NCBI GenBank assembly: GCA_031290755.1
Contig: JAITMY010000046.1
Location: forward strand, 1-25,514
Source: Prevotellaceae bacterium
GTDB taxonomy: Bacteria > Bacteroidota > Bacteroidia > Bacteroidales > UBA932
Reading direction: 5' to 3'
Length of the DNA stretch: 25,514 nucleotides
Position 1 is the first letter of the stretch; each line of letters opens with the position of its first letter. Positions 24,527 to 25,514 of the stretch are shown here, piece after piece. A program made the position numbers and the translations under genes. The notes under the pieces were generated by a model. The model had not been told where the DNA came from. It ran no database searches and saw only the letters and a program-made list of their open reading frames with translations.

Positions 24527-25015
24527 AATCCTAAAACGCTTTGTGAAATACTTGCGCTTTTTAGTAGATACATCACAGGAAGTTAGCCTTAAACGCTCAT
24601 TAGGGATATAAACATGATAGCAAACATCAGCATACGCATTATCATACAAAATAGCGTTTGAAACATATAAGAGAAGGGCTGTATCGCTATTAAGGAAGCG
24701 AAAATGGCATTCAAGGCCAATTACCCCTGTCGCGTACGAGTTTATAGAATTATACTTTTCTTTTAAATAGTTGCACTCCTGACAATTTGACAATTGTGCA
24801 CATGAATCATTTAACAGCATAATTGTTTCGCATGTAATTCTATTATCAGGATGTTGCATAAAAAAACTATCTATTGCTTCCACAATTTCTTGCGGTTTTG
24901 CTTCAATTTTAAAGCGATCCATGATGCGAGTACCCGGGCCTAATGGATTGTAACATAAGCACCCAGATACGATAATTGCAAACATTGGTAGAAAAACATT
25001 GCGTTTCATATTCAT
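24449..25015 (-). CDS. Hypothetical lipoprotein, array paralog 2
   Basis: Lipobox IVSGC; QEIVEAIDSFFMQHP, FRFLNSDT, RFRIEFVLEIEKIIAENRKKK. AT-rich. Confidence 0.78.
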   Translation of the reverse strand: MNMKRNVFLPMFAIIVSGCLCYNPLGPGTRIMDRFKIEAKPQEIVEAIDSFFMQHPDNRITCETIMLLNDSCAQLSNCQECNYLKEKYNSINSYATGVIGLECHFRFLNSDTALLLYVSNAILYDNAYADVCYHVYIPNERLRLTSCDVSTKKRKYFTKRFRIEFVLEIEKIIAENRKKKQLNRAVNL

Positions 25016-25031
25016 TGAATTTTAAGGAAAT

Positions 25032-25436
25032 AACGTCCATACTGCATAAAAGATTTGTCTCTGTTCATTTCCCTTTACTTTTTTTATATACACTTTTATC
25101 TGGGGTAAAACCCTTTTTTCAAAGTTTTTTAGGCTTTTTTTTGTTCTTTTTTTGATGAAAAATATCTACCCAATAATTTTGCTGTTTCAAATTATATAAA
25201 ATACTGTCTGTTTTAGGATGTAACGACAGTCCTGTCCCTCGAAGAATTTTCTCCCATTCATTATAGTTATGATACTCGGTATGCTGTTGAAGAAATAATT
25301 CTATCCCAGCTTCTATATTATTTTTGTGGTTTAAAAATACTATATAACCAACTATGGTCTCGTACCCTTGTGCATTTGTTATATTGATTGAACAAAGGAA
25401 AAAAAGCGACAATATGATACTTCTTTTCACCACCAT
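25032..25436 (-). pseudogene. Array paralog 3, probably internally deleted and frameshifted
   Basis: ORF 25436-25119 has a signal peptide and NIEAGIELFLQQHTEY (homologous to the AIDSFFxQHP motif) but stops in an A-rich tract. A shifted frame continues FIKKRTKKSLKNFEKRVLPQIKVYIKK..., resembling the family C-terminal helix. Left boundary approximate. Confidence 0.55.
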
Positions 25437-25514
25437 TTGCTACTCCTCCCTATTTTATAAGTTGTATATGGTACCCAAATTGTTGAAGTTGCCGCAGCAC
25501 CTTATAGGATTTTA

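Noticed and set aside
25437-25514. 3' end of an upstream toxin gene overlapping the paralog-3 start
   Set aside because: One frame ends KWW* overlapping ATGGTGGTGA but has a stop about 25 codons earlier. The other frames give fragments too short to identify within this window.

Overview
Mostly GC-rich core chromosome of a Bacteroidota (Bacteroidales-like) bacterium, judged from TAnnTT(T/C)G -7 promoter boxes in AT-rich spacers and the gene families present. Most real genes are on the minus strand; the many long plus-strand ORFs are GC-rich antisense shadows. Gene order: miaA (truncated at the left edge), pRiA4b ORF-3-like gene, LuxC-like acyl-CoA reductase, HU, Sfp-type PPTase, DUF5686-type outer-membrane protein, a 9-Cys hypothetical protein convergent with a TylF-family O-methyltransferase, a tightly packed metK-dprA-(PorV/FadL-like barrel)-(ComEA-like HhH + barrel) run headed by a SAM-II-like riboswitch, a 16-Cys lipoprotein, a structured ORF-less spacer, rsgA, xth, an 11 x 21-bp alternating palindromic tandem array, a GH105/88 lipoprotein plus SSS transporter, a large DUF3352-like protein, a lower-GC stand-alone MuF-C/BECR-like putative RNase, a flavin reductase-rubredoxin fusion, and an AT-rich tandem array of divergent secreted/lipoprotein paralogs running to the right edge. 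Best leads: (1) a candidate pilus-independent DNA-uptake operon possibly under SAM control, (2) the immunity-like paralog array with a near-identical 3' patch, (3) the palindromic A/B tandem array, (4) the orphan MuF-C toxin-like gene. No searches or folding programs were run; family calls rest on motif recognition by eye.
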